A stretch of DNA of 64,000 bases from Rhodobiaceae bacterium (GCA_028278505.1 JANQEG010000142.1:3581-67580); one strand, 5' to 3'; numbered from the stretch's first letter, positions 8,172-17,336 are shown. Notes: generated by a model not told the origin, from the sequence alone. Made by a program: numbers and translations.

Positions 8172-8980
8172 ACGGCGGCGATGTCCGGGGCGTCAGGCGC
8201 CTTCATGCCGACCACGTGATAGCCGGAATCGACATGGTGGACCTCGCCGGTCACAGCGCGCGCGAGATCGGAAAGCAGGTAGAGCGCGGCGTCGCCGACC
8301 TCGTCGATGGTCACCGTGCGGCGCATCGGCGCGTTGTATTCGTTCCACTTCAGGATATAGCGGAAATCGCCGATGCCGGAGGCCGCCAGCGTCTTGATCG
8401 GCCCGGCCGATACGGCGTTGACGCGGATACTGGACTTGCCGAGATCGGCGGCCAGATAGCGGACGCTGGCCTCAAGCGCCGCCTTGGCGACGCCCATGAC
8501 GTTGTAGTGCGGCATTACCTTCTCCGCGCCGTAATAGGTCAGCGTCAGCATCGATCCGCCGTCCGTCATCAGCTTTTCGGCGCGCTGGGCGACCGCGGTG
8601 AACGAATAGGCCGAGATCAGCATGGTGTTGGTGAAGTTTTCGGCCGAGGTGTCGACATAGCGGCCGGTCAGCTCGTCCTTGTCGGAATAGGCGATGGCGT
8701 GGACGACGAAGTCGAGCCCGCCCCAGTTGCGGTCGATCTCGGCAAAGACGGCGTCGAGGGTTTCGGGCTCGGTGACATCGCAATGGCCGGCGACAATGGC
8801 GTCGAGTTCGGCGGCCAGCGGCTCGACGCGCTTGCGCAGCGCATCGCCCTGATAGGTGAGGGCGAGTTCCGCCCCCTGCATGCGGCAGGCCTTGGCGACG
8901 CCCCAGGCGATCGAGCGGTTGTTGGCCACGCCCATGACAAGCCCGCGCTTGCCCGCCATCAGTCCGCACGCCTCGGCCAT
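8168..8980 (-). CDS. fabI: enoyl-[acyl-carrier-protein] reductase (NADH)
   Basis: 270-aa ORF with GKRGLVMGVANNRSIAWGVAK, YNVMGVAKAALEASVRYLA and SAGPIKTLAASGI. An alternative start is at 8959. Confidence 0.92.
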   Translation of the reverse strand: MAEACGLMAGKRGLVMGVANNRSIAWGVAKACRMQGAELALTYQGDALRKRVEPLAAELDAIVAGHCDVTEPETLDAVFAEIDRNWGGLDFVVHAIAYSDKDELTGRYVDTSAENFTNTMLISAYSFTAVAQRAEKLMTDGGSMLTLTYYGAEKVMPHYNVMGVAKAALEASVRYLAADLGKSSIRVNAVSAGPIKTLAASGIGDFRYILKWNEYNAPMRRTVTIDEVGDAALYLLSDLARAVTGEVHHVDSGYHVVGMKAPDAPDIAAV

Positions 8981-9103
8981 GGGGCCCCCCGATCGTTCTT
9001 AAAAGGAAGCTTCCTATGGCACAGGGCCGCGGCCCCATCAAGCAGCGCCGATCCGCCGGATGCGCCTCGACGGGCGAAAAACGTGACTATAGAGTGCACC
9101 GCA

Positions 9104-10528
9104 ATGACCGCGCGCCAAGCCAATGCAGAGAACATCGTCGAGCGGATTTCCGCCGTCGTCGGCGCCGATCAGGTGCTGCTTTCGGCGGACGACATGGCGC
9201 CGCATCTGAGCGAATGGCGCGACCGCTATCAGGGCCGGGCGGCGATGGTGGTGCGCCCGAAGTCGACGGCGGAGGTCGCGGGCGTGCTGGCGATCGCCGA
9301 TGCGGCGCTCCGCCCGGTCGTGCCGCAGGGCGGAAATACCGGTCTCGTCGGTGGCCAGATTCCGTTTTCCGGCGCCGAAATCGTGCTTTCGCTCAATCGG
9401 ATGAACAAAATCCGCGCAATCGATGCCGCCGGCTACACGCTGACCGCGGAGGCCGGGGTCGTCCTGCAGCGCATCCAGGAGGCGGCCGACGAAGTCGACC
9501 GCCTGTTTCCGCTCAGCCTTGCCGCCGAAGGCAGTTGCCAGATCGGCGGCAACCTCTCCACCAACGCCGGCGGCGTCGGCGTGCTCGCCTATGGCAACAG
9601 CCGCGATCTGGTGCTCGGCCTCGAAGTGGTGTTGGCGAATGGCGACATCTGGGACGGGCTGCGGGCGCTGCGCAAGGACAATACCGGTTACGATTTGAAA
9701 CAATTATTTATCGGCGCCGAGGGCACGCTGGGCGTGATCACCGCCGCCGTGTTGAAGCTTTTCCCGAACCCGAAGGCGCAGGCGACCGCTTTCGTCGGCC
9801 TCGATTCGGCCGAGGATGCGCTGGCGCTGTTCGAGATGGCGCGGGCGGCAAGCGGGCCGATGCTGACCGCGTTCGAGCTGATCCCGCGGATCGGCCTCGA
9901 CTTCGTGCTGCGCCACGGTCCGGGCGCGCGCGACCCGCTTCGCGGCAGCCATCGCTGGTACGTGCTGATCGAACTGTCGTCGCCCGAGCCCGGCAATCGC
10001 CTCGACGAAACGCTGGAGACGCTGCTCGGCGAAGCGGCCGAGGCGGGCCGGATCGAAGATGCGGCGATCGCCGCCTCGGTGGCCCAGAGAGAGCAGTTCT
10101 GGGCGATGCGGCACGCCCTTTCGGAAGTGCAGAAGCCGGAAGGCGGCTCGATCAAGCACGACGTCTCGGTACCGATCGCGGCGATCCCGGCCTTCCTCGC
10201 CGAGGCGTGCGCGGCGGTGGAACGGGCAGTGCCCGGATGCCGGCCGGTGCCGTTCGGCCATATGGGCGACGGCAACATCCACTTCAACATCTCCCAGCCG
10301 GTCGGCGCCGACAAGGCCGAGTTCCTCGACCGCTGGGTCGAGGTCAACGCTATCGTGCACGGCATCGTCCAAAACCATTCGGGCTCGATCTCGGCCGAAC
10401 ACGGCATCGGCGTGATGAAACGCGACCTCCTGCCCGGCGTCAAAAGCGCGCTCGAACTGGACCTCATGCACCGCATCAAGCAGGCGTTCGACCCCAACGG
10501 CATCCTCAATCCCGGCAAGCTGCTTTAG
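9104..10528 (+). CDS. FAD-linked oxidase (GlcD / D-2-hydroxyacid dehydrogenase-like)
   Basis: In-frame ATG 9104 of ORF 8216..10528 (the upstream part is antisense to fabI). VVPQGGNTGLVGG FAD-binding motif and C-terminal HGIGVMK...DPNGILNPGK. Confidence 0.88.
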   Translation: MTARQANAENIVERISAVVGADQVLLSADDMAPHLSEWRDRYQGRAAMVVRPKSTAEVAGVLAIADAALRPVVPQGGNTGLVGGQIPFSGAEIVLSLNRMNKIRAIDAAGYTLTAEAGVVLQRIQEAADEVDRLFPLSLAAEGSCQIGGNLSTNAGGVGVLAYGNSRDLVLGLEVVLANGDIWDGLRALRKDNTGYDLKQLFIGAEGTLGVITAAVLKLFPNPKAQATAFVGLDSAEDALALFEMARAASGPMLTAFELIPRIGLDFVLRHGPGARDPLRGSHRWYVLIELSSPEPGNRLDETLETLLGEAAEAGRIEDAAIAASVAQREQFWAMRHALSEVQKPEGGSIKHDVSVPIAAIPAFLAEACAAVERAVPGCRPVPFGHMGDGNIHFNISQPVGADKAEFLDRWVEVNAIVHGIVQNHSGSISAEHGIGVMKRDLLPGVKSALELDLMHRIKQAFDPNGILNPGKLL

Positions 10529-10602
10529 GCTGGCGCGATTGTTGTTGCCGAAAGACGGCCCGCCGCTATGATCGGCCGCTTTCCGAATGGCCGGAGAGCG
10601 CA

Positions 10603-11049
10603 ATGGACAGCCATCTCGATATCGACGAAATCGGCGATGCCGACGCCCAAGCGATTGCCGATCTGTGGCGGCGCGCCGGGCTGACCCGCGCCTGGAACGA
10701 TCCGAAACGCGATATCACCTTTGCCCGCACCGGGCCGAGTTCAACGATCCTTGTCGGCCGGCTTGCCGGCGCGGCGACGCCGGTTGCCGCGGCCATGGTC
10801 GGCCATGACGGCCATCGCGGTGCGGTCTACTACCTCGCCGTCGATCCCGCGCTTCAGGGCCGCGGCCTCGGCCGGCAGATGATGGCTGCCATCGAGGCGT
10901 GGCTGCGGGCGCGCGGCGTGTGGAAGCTCAATCTGATGGTCCGTGCCGACAACGACGCCGTCGCCGCGTTCTATGAAGCGCTCGGCTATGCGCGGGAAGA
11001 ACGGATCAATTTCGCCAAACGGCTCAAGGCGCCGCCATCGGCGGGGTAG
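10603..11049 (+). CDS. GNAT-family N-acetyltransferase
   Basis: ATG 10603 in ORF 9016..11049. YYLAVDPALQGRGLGRQMM acetyl-CoA-binding motif. Confidence 0.8.
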   Translation: MDSHLDIDEIGDADAQAIADLWRRAGLTRAWNDPKRDITFARTGPSSTILVGRLAGAATPVAAAMVGHDGHRGAVYYLAVDPALQGRGLGRQMMAAIEAWLRARGVWKLNLMVRADNDAVAAFYEALGYAREERINFAKRLKAPPSAG

Positions 11050-11073
11050 AGCATCGGTAGCTATGGTGTGTAA

Positions 11074-11118
11074 CACCCCTTTCCGTTCAAGGGGACGGGT
11101 CGGGGGCGGGGGGGCAAT
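11074..11118. repeat. hairpin plus G-run fragment related to the element inside ileS
   Basis: CCCCTT-N7-AAGGGG followed by GGGTCGGGGGCGGGGGGG. Compare GGGGAGGGTCGG...GGGGTGGGGGG at 52362..52395. Confidence 0.45.
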
Positions 11119-11189
11119 TTCAGGAAGTACCCCTGTTCGAACGTCGCCAGATTGACGCGATGGTCAGTTGGCGTTGCCTTGCCTTGGTC

Positions 11190-11327
11190 CACCTTTCCCG
11201 CGAAAGCGGGAATCCAATTATCCCCTCGATACGCTATGTCGTCGGCTATTGCAGGTGGAGATTCGACTGAAAAAACAAGCGCTAACAGTGGCGGATCGGC
11301 CAATGGACACCCGCTTTCGCGGGTGAG
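11190..11327. repeat. two CCAATGG / CCCGC-N4-GCGGG hairpin units
   Basis: TCCCGC-GAAA-GCGGGAATCCAAT at 11196..11217 and CCAATGGACACCCGC-TTTC-GCGGGTG at 11299..11325. Confidence 0.55.
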
Positions 11328-11539
11328 GTGCCGAGAGGCTGTCCTTGCGCGCAGATTTCTCGCGCCCAGAGCGGCGCAAATCGGCAAGACGTGTGACTCT
11401 CATGGCCACAATCGGGAGGGTTTTCTTCCCGCGCCAGGTACACGCAGCGGACAGACAACACTTCGGGCGAAACAAAGCATTTACCCTTTGGCAACGGCGA
11501 TCGGACACCGTCTGACGACGGACATTTCGGAAGACGTCG

Positions 11540-11845
11540 ATGGCTGTTCGGACCTACGTATTGATGGTTGGGGGACTGCTTGCCGGCATTTCGTCGGGTG
11601 CGGGCCCGGCGCACGCGGCGGAGGCCGCCGCCGAGGCCGTCTGCACGCCCTATGAGGCCTGCAAGACCGCCTATCGCTGGACCCGGCAACCGCAGAGAAT
11701 CGAGAAATGCCGCAGCACCGGAGCAAGGCGCGCCTGCCGCTGGACGATCGAATTCCGGCGCACCAAGGTGCCCTACCAGATCTGCCGGACACGGCAGCGC
11801 TGCGCCGATGATTCGGTTGCCGACAGCGCCCCGGCGCAGAATTGA
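11540..11845 (+). CDS. hypothetical small secreted Cys-rich basic protein
   Basis: 101-aa ORF. Plausible signal peptide MAVRTYVLMVGGLLAGISSGAGPAHA followed by a basic region with six Cys. No family recognised. Confidence 0.4.
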   Translation: MAVRTYVLMVGGLLAGISSGAGPAHAAEAAAEAVCTPYEACKTAYRWTRQPQRIEKCRSTGARRACRWTIEFRRTKVPYQICRTRQRCADDSVADSAPAQN

Positions 11846-11900
11846 TACCAAGCGGCACCGTCTGCGAGTGGGTATTTGGTGAACACTGGGTCACAACTAT

Positions 11901-11995
11901 CGTCATTGCGACCCCGGCGGAGGCCGGGGGAAGCAATCCAGGGCCGCTGGCTCAGGTCTGGATTGCTTCGTCGCCTTCGGCTCCTCGCAATGACG
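11901..11995. repeat. 95-nt palindromic repeat (CGTCATTGCGA...GAAGCAATCCAG / CTGGATTGCTTC...TCGCAATGACG)
   Basis: The two halves are reverse complements at their ends. The motif class GATTGCTTCGTCGC...CTCGCAATGAC is widespread in Hyphomicrobiales intergenic DNA, as far as I recall. Confidence 0.75.
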
Positions 11996-12060
11996 GCGCA
12001 GAGATCGTCGGAAACGGCGCAAGTCTTTGAAGCGCCGTTTTATATGAATGCTCTACCCCT

Positions 12061-12804
12061 TCAGAACAGGCTGCCTTGCGGGTCGACATCGTCGTCGGCT
12101 TGCGGCGGATCGGTTTCCGCCTCCGCCGCGGCGGCCGCCGGCGCATCGGGTTCCTGCAGCGACGGATCGTCATTGGAGACGCGGTTGACCCGGCGGCTGA
12201 CCGGAACCGGCTCGAATGCGTCATCGGGCGCGGGTTTTAAGAGATCGGCAACGTCGCCCGGAGCGTGGCCGGCGGTGTCCAGCCAGGCGTCGAAGGCGGA
12301 CGGCGGGATGACCGCCGGCATGCGGTCATGGATGTCCGCAAGCCGCCGGTTCGACGCCGTCGTCAGGATCGCCGCCGTCTCGATCTCGCCGCCGTCGCGA
12401 TCCGACCAGATTTCCCACAAACCGGCAAAGGCAAGGAGGCGGCCATCGGCCGGCCGCACCCAATAGGGCTGCTTGCCGGCGGGCGTCTTCCGCCATTCGT
12501 AGAATCCGTTTGCCGGGATGAGACAGCGGCGATGGCGCATCGCCGCGCGAAAGGCCGGCTTTTCCGCCGCGGTTTCGCTGCGGGCATTGATCAGCAGCGG
12601 GAAGTCGCCCGGCTCCTTCACCCAGGACGGCAGCAGCCCCCAGCGCACCAGCGCGAAGCGGCGCGTCCCGGCATCGCCCCGGACGATCGCGATCGGCTGC
12701 GTCGGCGCGATGTTGTAGCGCGGCGGGAAGTTCGGCGTATCGGCATAGCCAAAGAATGCGCGCACCTTTACCGGTGCCGCGCTCAAACCGTATCTTCCGC
12801 ACAT
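12061..12804 (-). CDS. SOS-response-associated peptidase (SRAP/YedK; abasic-site processing protein)
   Basis: ORF 12061..13083 with start moved to ATG 12804, giving the invariant N-terminus MCGRY. NIAPTQ and RWGLLPSWVK motifs. Acidic C-terminal tail. Confidence 0.88.
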   Translation of the reverse strand: MCGRYGLSAAPVKVRAFFGYADTPNFPPRYNIAPTQPIAIVRGDAGTRRFALVRWGLLPSWVKEPGDFPLLINARSETAAEKPAFRAAMRHRRCLIPANGFYEWRKTPAGKQPYWVRPADGRLLAFAGLWEIWSDRDGGEIETAAILTTASNRRLADIHDRMPAVIPPSAFDAWLDTAGHAPGDVADLLKPAPDDAFEPVPVSRRVNRVSNDDPSLQEPDAPAAAAAEAETDPPQADDDVDPQGSLF

Positions 12805-12980
12805 GGGCGGGCTCCCACCGTTCCAGGCGTTGGCAATCCAACGCAAATCGGCGCCATTATAGAAATTAAACCCGACCGGCGTTATCAAAGACGACGGGAG
12901 ATGTGACGACATGACCGACGCGGAACAGACAGCGCCGGCGATCGACGCGCCCGGAACGCCATCGAAGGCCTCTTTCCCTG

Positions 12981-13424
12981 ATGCCTCATTCCGCTGAGCC
13001 CGATCGGCAATCGCGCCGCCCCGTGCTCGGCGCCAGCATTGCGGTGTGGCGCGGCAAGGACGTGCTGCTCGTTCAGCGCGCAAAACCGCCGCTCAAGGGC
13101 ATATGGAGCCTGCCCGGCGGCCATGTGGAATTCGGCGAGACCCTGGAAGACGCCGCGCATCGCGAGCTTTTCGAGGAGACCGGCGTTGAAGCGGAAATCG
13201 CCGGCCGCGTCGATCTGGTCGAGATCATCCGCGCCGATGACGCCGGCCGGCTCGACCGCCATTTCGTCGTCGCCGTCTTTGCGGCGCGCTGGCTGTCCGG
13301 CGAAGCGCGCGCCGGCGACGACGCCATGGACGTGCGCTGGGCGAAGCTCGACGCGCTTTCCGAAATCGCGATGACGGAGGGGACGGCGGAGGTGATCAGG
13401 CGGAGTTGGGCGATGGTGCTATGA
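12981..13424 (+). CDS. NUDIX hydrolase
   Basis: 147-aa ORF with Nudix box GGHVEFGETLEDAAHRELFEETGV. Confidence 0.88.
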   Translation: MPHSAEPDRQSRRPVLGASIAVWRGKDVLLVQRAKPPLKGIWSLPGGHVEFGETLEDAAHRELFEETGVEAEIAGRVDLVEIIRADDAGRLDRHFVVAVFAARWLSGEARAGDDAMDVRWAKLDALSEIAMTEGTAEVIRRSWAMVL

Positions 13425-13471
13425 GGCCGATCATCGCGGGATGAATTCGACGCCGACATAAATTGCACCAA

Positions 13472-13488
13472 GTAGGATTTTATCCTAC
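13472..13488. promoter_or_regulatory. candidate ParD operator GTAGGAT-TTT-ATCCTAC
   Basis: Perfect 7-bp inverted repeat 35 bp upstream of the parD start. Confidence 0.4.
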
Positions 13489-13522
13489 CATTTCGGAACA
13501 AAATTGGTCCGAAAGCGATGAG

Positions 13523-13792
13523 ATGACGGAAAAGCTCAGCATCACCCTGCCGGAAGATATGGCCAGCGAGATCAAGCGCCGGGTGAAGTCGGGCGCTTAT
13601 GCGTCGACCAGCGAAGTGTTGCGCGAGGCGATGCGCAACTGGCTGCGGCAGGAAGCGGAACACGAAGCGCGCATGGCCGCAATCCGCGCCAGAATCGAGC
13701 ATTCGGTCGATGACACGCGACCGAGGCTGAGCAGCGACGAAATGCGCACCTATCTCGATGCGCTCTATGCCAGCCAGGGAAACGACGAGTAG
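13523..13792 (+). CDS. parD: type II antitoxin, ParD family (ribbon-helix-helix)
   Basis: ATG 13523 in ORF 13463..13792: MTEKLSITLPEDMASEIKRRVKSGAYASTSEVLREAMRNW. Confidence 0.85.
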   Translation: MTEKLSITLPEDMASEIKRRVKSGAYASTSEVLREAMRNWLRQEAEHEARMAAIRARIEHSVDDTRPRLSSDEMRTYLDALYASQGNDE

Positions 13793-13795
13793 GCG

Positions 13796-14110
13796 ATGCA
13801 GCGTCTGCCGGTCGCGTACACGCAGATCGCAAAGGACGACTTGGCGGCGATCTTCGAATACGTGCTGGAAAAGAGCCGCGATTTGATGACCGCCATCGCC
13901 TATACGGATCGCATCTATGCCCGCTGCGAGACGATCGGACATGCTCCGCGGGGCGGCGTCATGCGCAACGATTTAGGCAACGGTATCCGCATGGTCCCCT
14001 TCGAGAGAAGCGCGGTCATCCTTTATCGGATCGAAGCTGGGACCGTCTTGATCACGAACATTTTCGCCGGCGGCCGGGATTACGAGGCGATTTTGCGGGA
14101 GGGCAGTTGA
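13796..14110 (+). CDS. parE: type II toxin, RelE/ParE family
   Basis: 104-aa ORF starting 4 nt after parD. Typical ParE layout (A..DL..I..Y......A......I......L...P..G). Confidence 0.85.
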   Translation: MQRLPVAYTQIAKDDLAAIFEYVLEKSRDLMTAIAYTDRIYARCETIGHAPRGGVMRNDLGNGIRMVPFERSAVILYRIEAGTVLITNIFAGGRDYEAILREGS

Positions 14111-14189
14111 GGTAGCGGAGAATCAAGGCCGTCGGGAAGAACATGTAACCGGCTCGTTTAACGTCGCCCTCACCCCCATTTGACTCACC

Positions 14190-15248
14190 GTGATTGGCGG
14201 TCGCGGCGCCGGCGCCATAGGCTCTTCTTGCATAAAATCCGCCGGAGCCCGATCGTCCGTGTCCCGTTTCGCGATACTCATTGCTGCCGCCCTCCTGGTC
14301 GGCGTCGTCGCGACCGCCGGCGCCAATCCGGCGCGATGGACGGCGGAAGGCTGGACCACGGATTTCTCAAAACACGCGGTGCCCTATTCGGAAATCCTTT
14401 CCGGCGGGCCGAAAAAGGACGGTATTCCGTCGATCGACGATCCCCAATTCATCGCCGCCAAAGACGACACGACGCTCGGCGACAAGGAGCCGGTCATCAG
14501 GCTTGCGATCGGCGACGATGTCCGCGCCTATCCCTTGCGGGTGCTGATCTGGCACGAGATCGTCAACGACACGGTCGGCGACCTACCGGTGGCCGTCACC
14601 TATTGCCCGTTATGCAATTCGGCGATCGTCTTCGACCGGCGCATCGACGGCAAAGCGGTCGAATTCGGCACCACCGGGCTGTTGCGCAATTCCGATCTCG
14701 TCATGTACGACCGGGCGAGCGAAAGCTGGTGGCAGCAGTTCACCGGCGAAGGCATCGTCGGCCGCCACAGCGGGCGCATGCTGAAGATGATCCCGGCCCG
14801 GGTCGAGGCGTTCGAGCGCTTCCGCCGCGACCATCCGCGGGCACAAGTGCTGGTGCCGAACCGGCCGAACCTGCGGCCTTACGGCCGCAACCCCTACGTT
14901 GACTATGACAGCCGCGCCCTGCCCTACCCGCTCTTTACCGGCGAACTGCCGGACGACGTGCCGCCGATGGCCCGCGTCGTCGTCGTCAAGGCGGGCGGGA
15001 TGCCGCGCGGCGTCATGATGTCGGTGCTGCGCAGGAAGGGCCGGGTGCGGCTCGGCGATGTCGAGCTGAGCTGGCAGGAGGGGCAGAATTCGGCGCTCGA
15101 TACCGCGCAGATATCGGACGGCTACGACGTCGGCAATGTCCGCGCCGTGCGCGCCGGCTCCGGCGGCGAAGACGAGGTCGTTCACGACGTCACCTTCGCC
15201 TTCGTCTTCCACGCCTTTCACCCGGACGGCGAACTGATGAAAGAGTGA
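14190..15248 (+). CDS. DUF3179 domain-containing exported protein
   Basis: 352-aa ORF with DGIPSIDDPQF, VTYCPLCNS and GTTGLLRNSDLVMYDR motifs. The true start may be GTG 14259, directly before the signal peptide SRFAILIAAALLVGVVATAGA. Confidence 0.8.
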   Translation: MIGGRGAGAIGSSCIKSAGARSSVSRFAILIAAALLVGVVATAGANPARWTAEGWTTDFSKHAVPYSEILSGGPKKDGIPSIDDPQFIAAKDDTTLGDKEPVIRLAIGDDVRAYPLRVLIWHEIVNDTVGDLPVAVTYCPLCNSAIVFDRRIDGKAVEFGTTGLLRNSDLVMYDRASESWWQQFTGEGIVGRHSGRMLKMIPARVEAFERFRRDHPRAQVLVPNRPNLRPYGRNPYVDYDSRALPYPLFTGELPDDVPPMARVVVVKAGGMPRGVMMSVLRRKGRVRLGDVELSWQEGQNSALDTAQISDGYDVGNVRAVRAGSGGEDEVVHDVTFAFVFHAFHPDGELMKE

Positions 15249-15321
15249 ATGCATCGCCACGGCTTGCCGGCCGCGGCTTCGCCCTATACATCCAAGAGGC
15301 GTATTGCAAAGGGTGGAGGCG

Positions 15322-16215
15322 ATGAGCAACGGCCGGTATGCGGTGCTCGCCGAGCGCGGCTTAGCCAAGATTTCGGGCCCGGAGGCGCGGTCCTTCCTGC
15401 AGGGCCTCATCACCACGAACATGGACCGCCTGGCGGCCGAAAACGGCGGCCAGGGCGCGCTTCTGTCGCCTCAGGGCAAGGTTCTGTTCGACTTCCTGAT
15501 CGCGATCGATCATGACGGCTATGTGGTCGACCTGCCGGCGGCGCAGATCGCCGATTTCGTCAAGCGTCTCGGCCTCTACAAGCTGCGGGCCAAGGTCGAG
15601 ATCGTCGATGTCAGCGACAGCTACCGGGTGATTGCAGCGTGGGGCGGCGAGCAGCGCCCGGCGCTGTTCGAGACCGTCATCTTGCGCGATCCGCGGCTGG
15701 CGGCGCTCGGCTGGCGCATCTACCTGCCGGCCGCAGCACCACTGACGCTCCTGGAGGAGTCCGGCTATGCGGAGGCCGACGACGATGACTGGCACGAGCA
15801 CCGGATCGGGCTCGGCGTGCCGATCGCCGGCCACGACTACGACTATGGCGAGGTGTTTCCCCACGATATCGACATGGACAAGCTCAACGGGCTCGACTTC
15901 GCCAAGGGCTGCTATGTCGGCCAGGAGGTGGTGTCGCGCATGGAGCATCGCGGCACGGCGCGCAAGCGCTGTGTCATGGTATCGGCCGACGTCGCGCTGC
16001 CGGCACGGGGCACGGAGATCGCCGCGGCCGGCAAGCCGATCGGCACGCTCGGCTCGTCGGCGGGTGCGCGCGGCATCGCCATGATCCGCCTCGACCGGGC
16101 CAAGGCCGCGCTCGACGCGGGCGACAAGATCACCGCCGGCGATACGCCATTGGAAATTGCGTTTCCGGACTGGTCCGGCTTTGCCTGGAGCGACGATGCC
16201 GGCGCGGCCGAATGA
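15322..16215 (+). CDS. ygfZ: folate-binding YgfZ-family protein (GcvT-like fold)
   Basis: ATG 15322 in ORF 15304..16215. Contains SGPEARSFLQGLITTN and KGCYVGQEVVSRMEHRG. Confidence 0.85.
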   Translation: MSNGRYAVLAERGLAKISGPEARSFLQGLITTNMDRLAAENGGQGALLSPQGKVLFDFLIAIDHDGYVVDLPAAQIADFVKRLGLYKLRAKVEIVDVSDSYRVIAAWGGEQRPALFETVILRDPRLAALGWRIYLPAAAPLTLLEESGYAEADDDDWHEHRIGLGVPIAGHDYDYGEVFPHDIDMDKLNGLDFAKGCYVGQEVVSRMEHRGTARKRCVMVSADVALPARGTEIAAAGKPIGTLGSSAGARGIAMIRLDRAKAALDAGDKITAGDTPLEIAFPDWSGFAWSDDAGAAE

Positions 16216-16249
16216 CCGGGACGACGCAATTCCGTTAAGACAGACCCCG

Positions 16250-16876
16250 ATGCCCGCACACACCCCGCCATTCCGCGCCTGGCAGCGCATGCTCTCCGGG
16301 CGCCGGCTCGACCTGCTCGATCCCTCGCCGCTCGACGTCGAGATCGAAGACATCGCGCGCGGCCTGTCGCGGGTCGCGCGCTGGAACGGACAGACCACCG
16401 GCGCCCATCCGCTCTCGGTCGCCCAGCATTCGCTGTTCGTGGAGTGGATTTTCGGGGCGCTGCAGCCGACGGCCGGCAGGGCCTGGCGTCGAGCTGCGCT
16501 TCTGCACGATGCCGCCGAATACGTCATCGGCGACATGATCAGCCCGTTCAAGGCGGTCATGGGCGGCGACTATAAATCGGTCGAAGCGCGGCTTTCGGTG
16601 GCGATCCATCTGCGCTTCGCGCTGCCGGCCGATCTGCCCGCCGACCTCGCCAAAAAAATCAAGCGCGCCGACCGGATTGCCGCCTATTTCGAGGCGACAT
16701 TGCGCGCCGGGTTCTCGACGGCCGAGGCCGGAAAGTTCTTCGGCCGGCCGACGGGGATCGGCCGCGACCGGCCGGAAGTCGAGGATTTGCTCGCGCCGAT
16801 CACCGCGACCAAGGCCGAACGCCTTTTTCTTACGCGCTTCGCCGACCTTTCCGGCGACGGCAGGTCCGGTGAGTAG
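16250..16876 (+). CDS. HD-domain phosphohydrolase (YfbR-like)
   Basis: ATG 16250 in ORF 16157..16876. Contains SVAQHSL...LLHDAAEYVIGDMISP. Alternative start at 16196. Confidence 0.75.
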   Translation: MPAHTPPFRAWQRMLSGRRLDLLDPSPLDVEIEDIARGLSRVARWNGQTTGAHPLSVAQHSLFVEWIFGALQPTAGRAWRRAALLHDAAEYVIGDMISPFKAVMGGDYKSVEARLSVAIHLRFALPADLPADLAKKIKRADRIAAYFEATLRAGFSTAEAGKFFGRPTGIGRDRPEVEDLLAPITATKAERLFLTRFADLSGDGRSGE

Positions 16877-16904
16877 GGTGGGGCAGCCCGCTCAAGCGCC
16901 AACC

Positions 16905-17058
16905 AAATTCACCGTTCCCGCGGAAGCGAGGACCCATTGCCCCGCTCAACACGGTATGCCGGCCGCGATCCGGTCGATCTCTCGAAATCATCAATAGGAC
17001 CGGAGCTTGTGGCCCACGCCAATGGTTCCCCGCTTTCGCGGGGAAGGTGCGGGTCGGG
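16905..17058. repeat. two further CCAATGG / CCCGC-hairpin units
   Basis: TTCCCGCGGAAGCGAGGACCCATTG at 16914..16938 and GCCAATGGTTCCCCGC-TTTC-GCGGGGAAGGTGCGGGTCGGG at 17018..17058. Confidence 0.5.
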
Positions 17059-17336
17059 AAATAAGCGGGCAAACCGGCACGTTCGAGGCGGAAAACCCAT
17101 TGCCTTGCCCAACACCCCATACTGGTACCGGACTTAACCACGACAGTAAAAGCGTCAACGTGCAGAACTCCACCCGCATTCATCGCGGCTGGAAAATGGC
17201 GACATCGAATCCATATGAAGATTGCTGCCCTATTTTTGACCGCGGCCGATCGGGCCCGCGGATGACCGACAGTGTCATCTGGCGTATGTGTTGGCATGAC
17301 AGGCTCGCGAATCGCCGCGCCGTTACCGAGACGATC

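Noticed and set aside
8216-9103. N-terminal 296 codons of ORF 8216..10528, and the 677-aa ORF 9016..11049
   Set aside because: The first overlaps fabI on the opposite strand. The FAD-oxidase homology begins at MTARQ (9104). The second is an out-of-frame read-through that only becomes meaningful at the GNAT start (10603).
12805-12980. LexA (SOS) box of the alphaproteobacterial GTTC-N7-GTTC type upstream of the SRAP gene
   Set aside because: Only partial matches are present (GTTC-CAGGCGT-TGGC), and no second GTTC lies at the right spacing.
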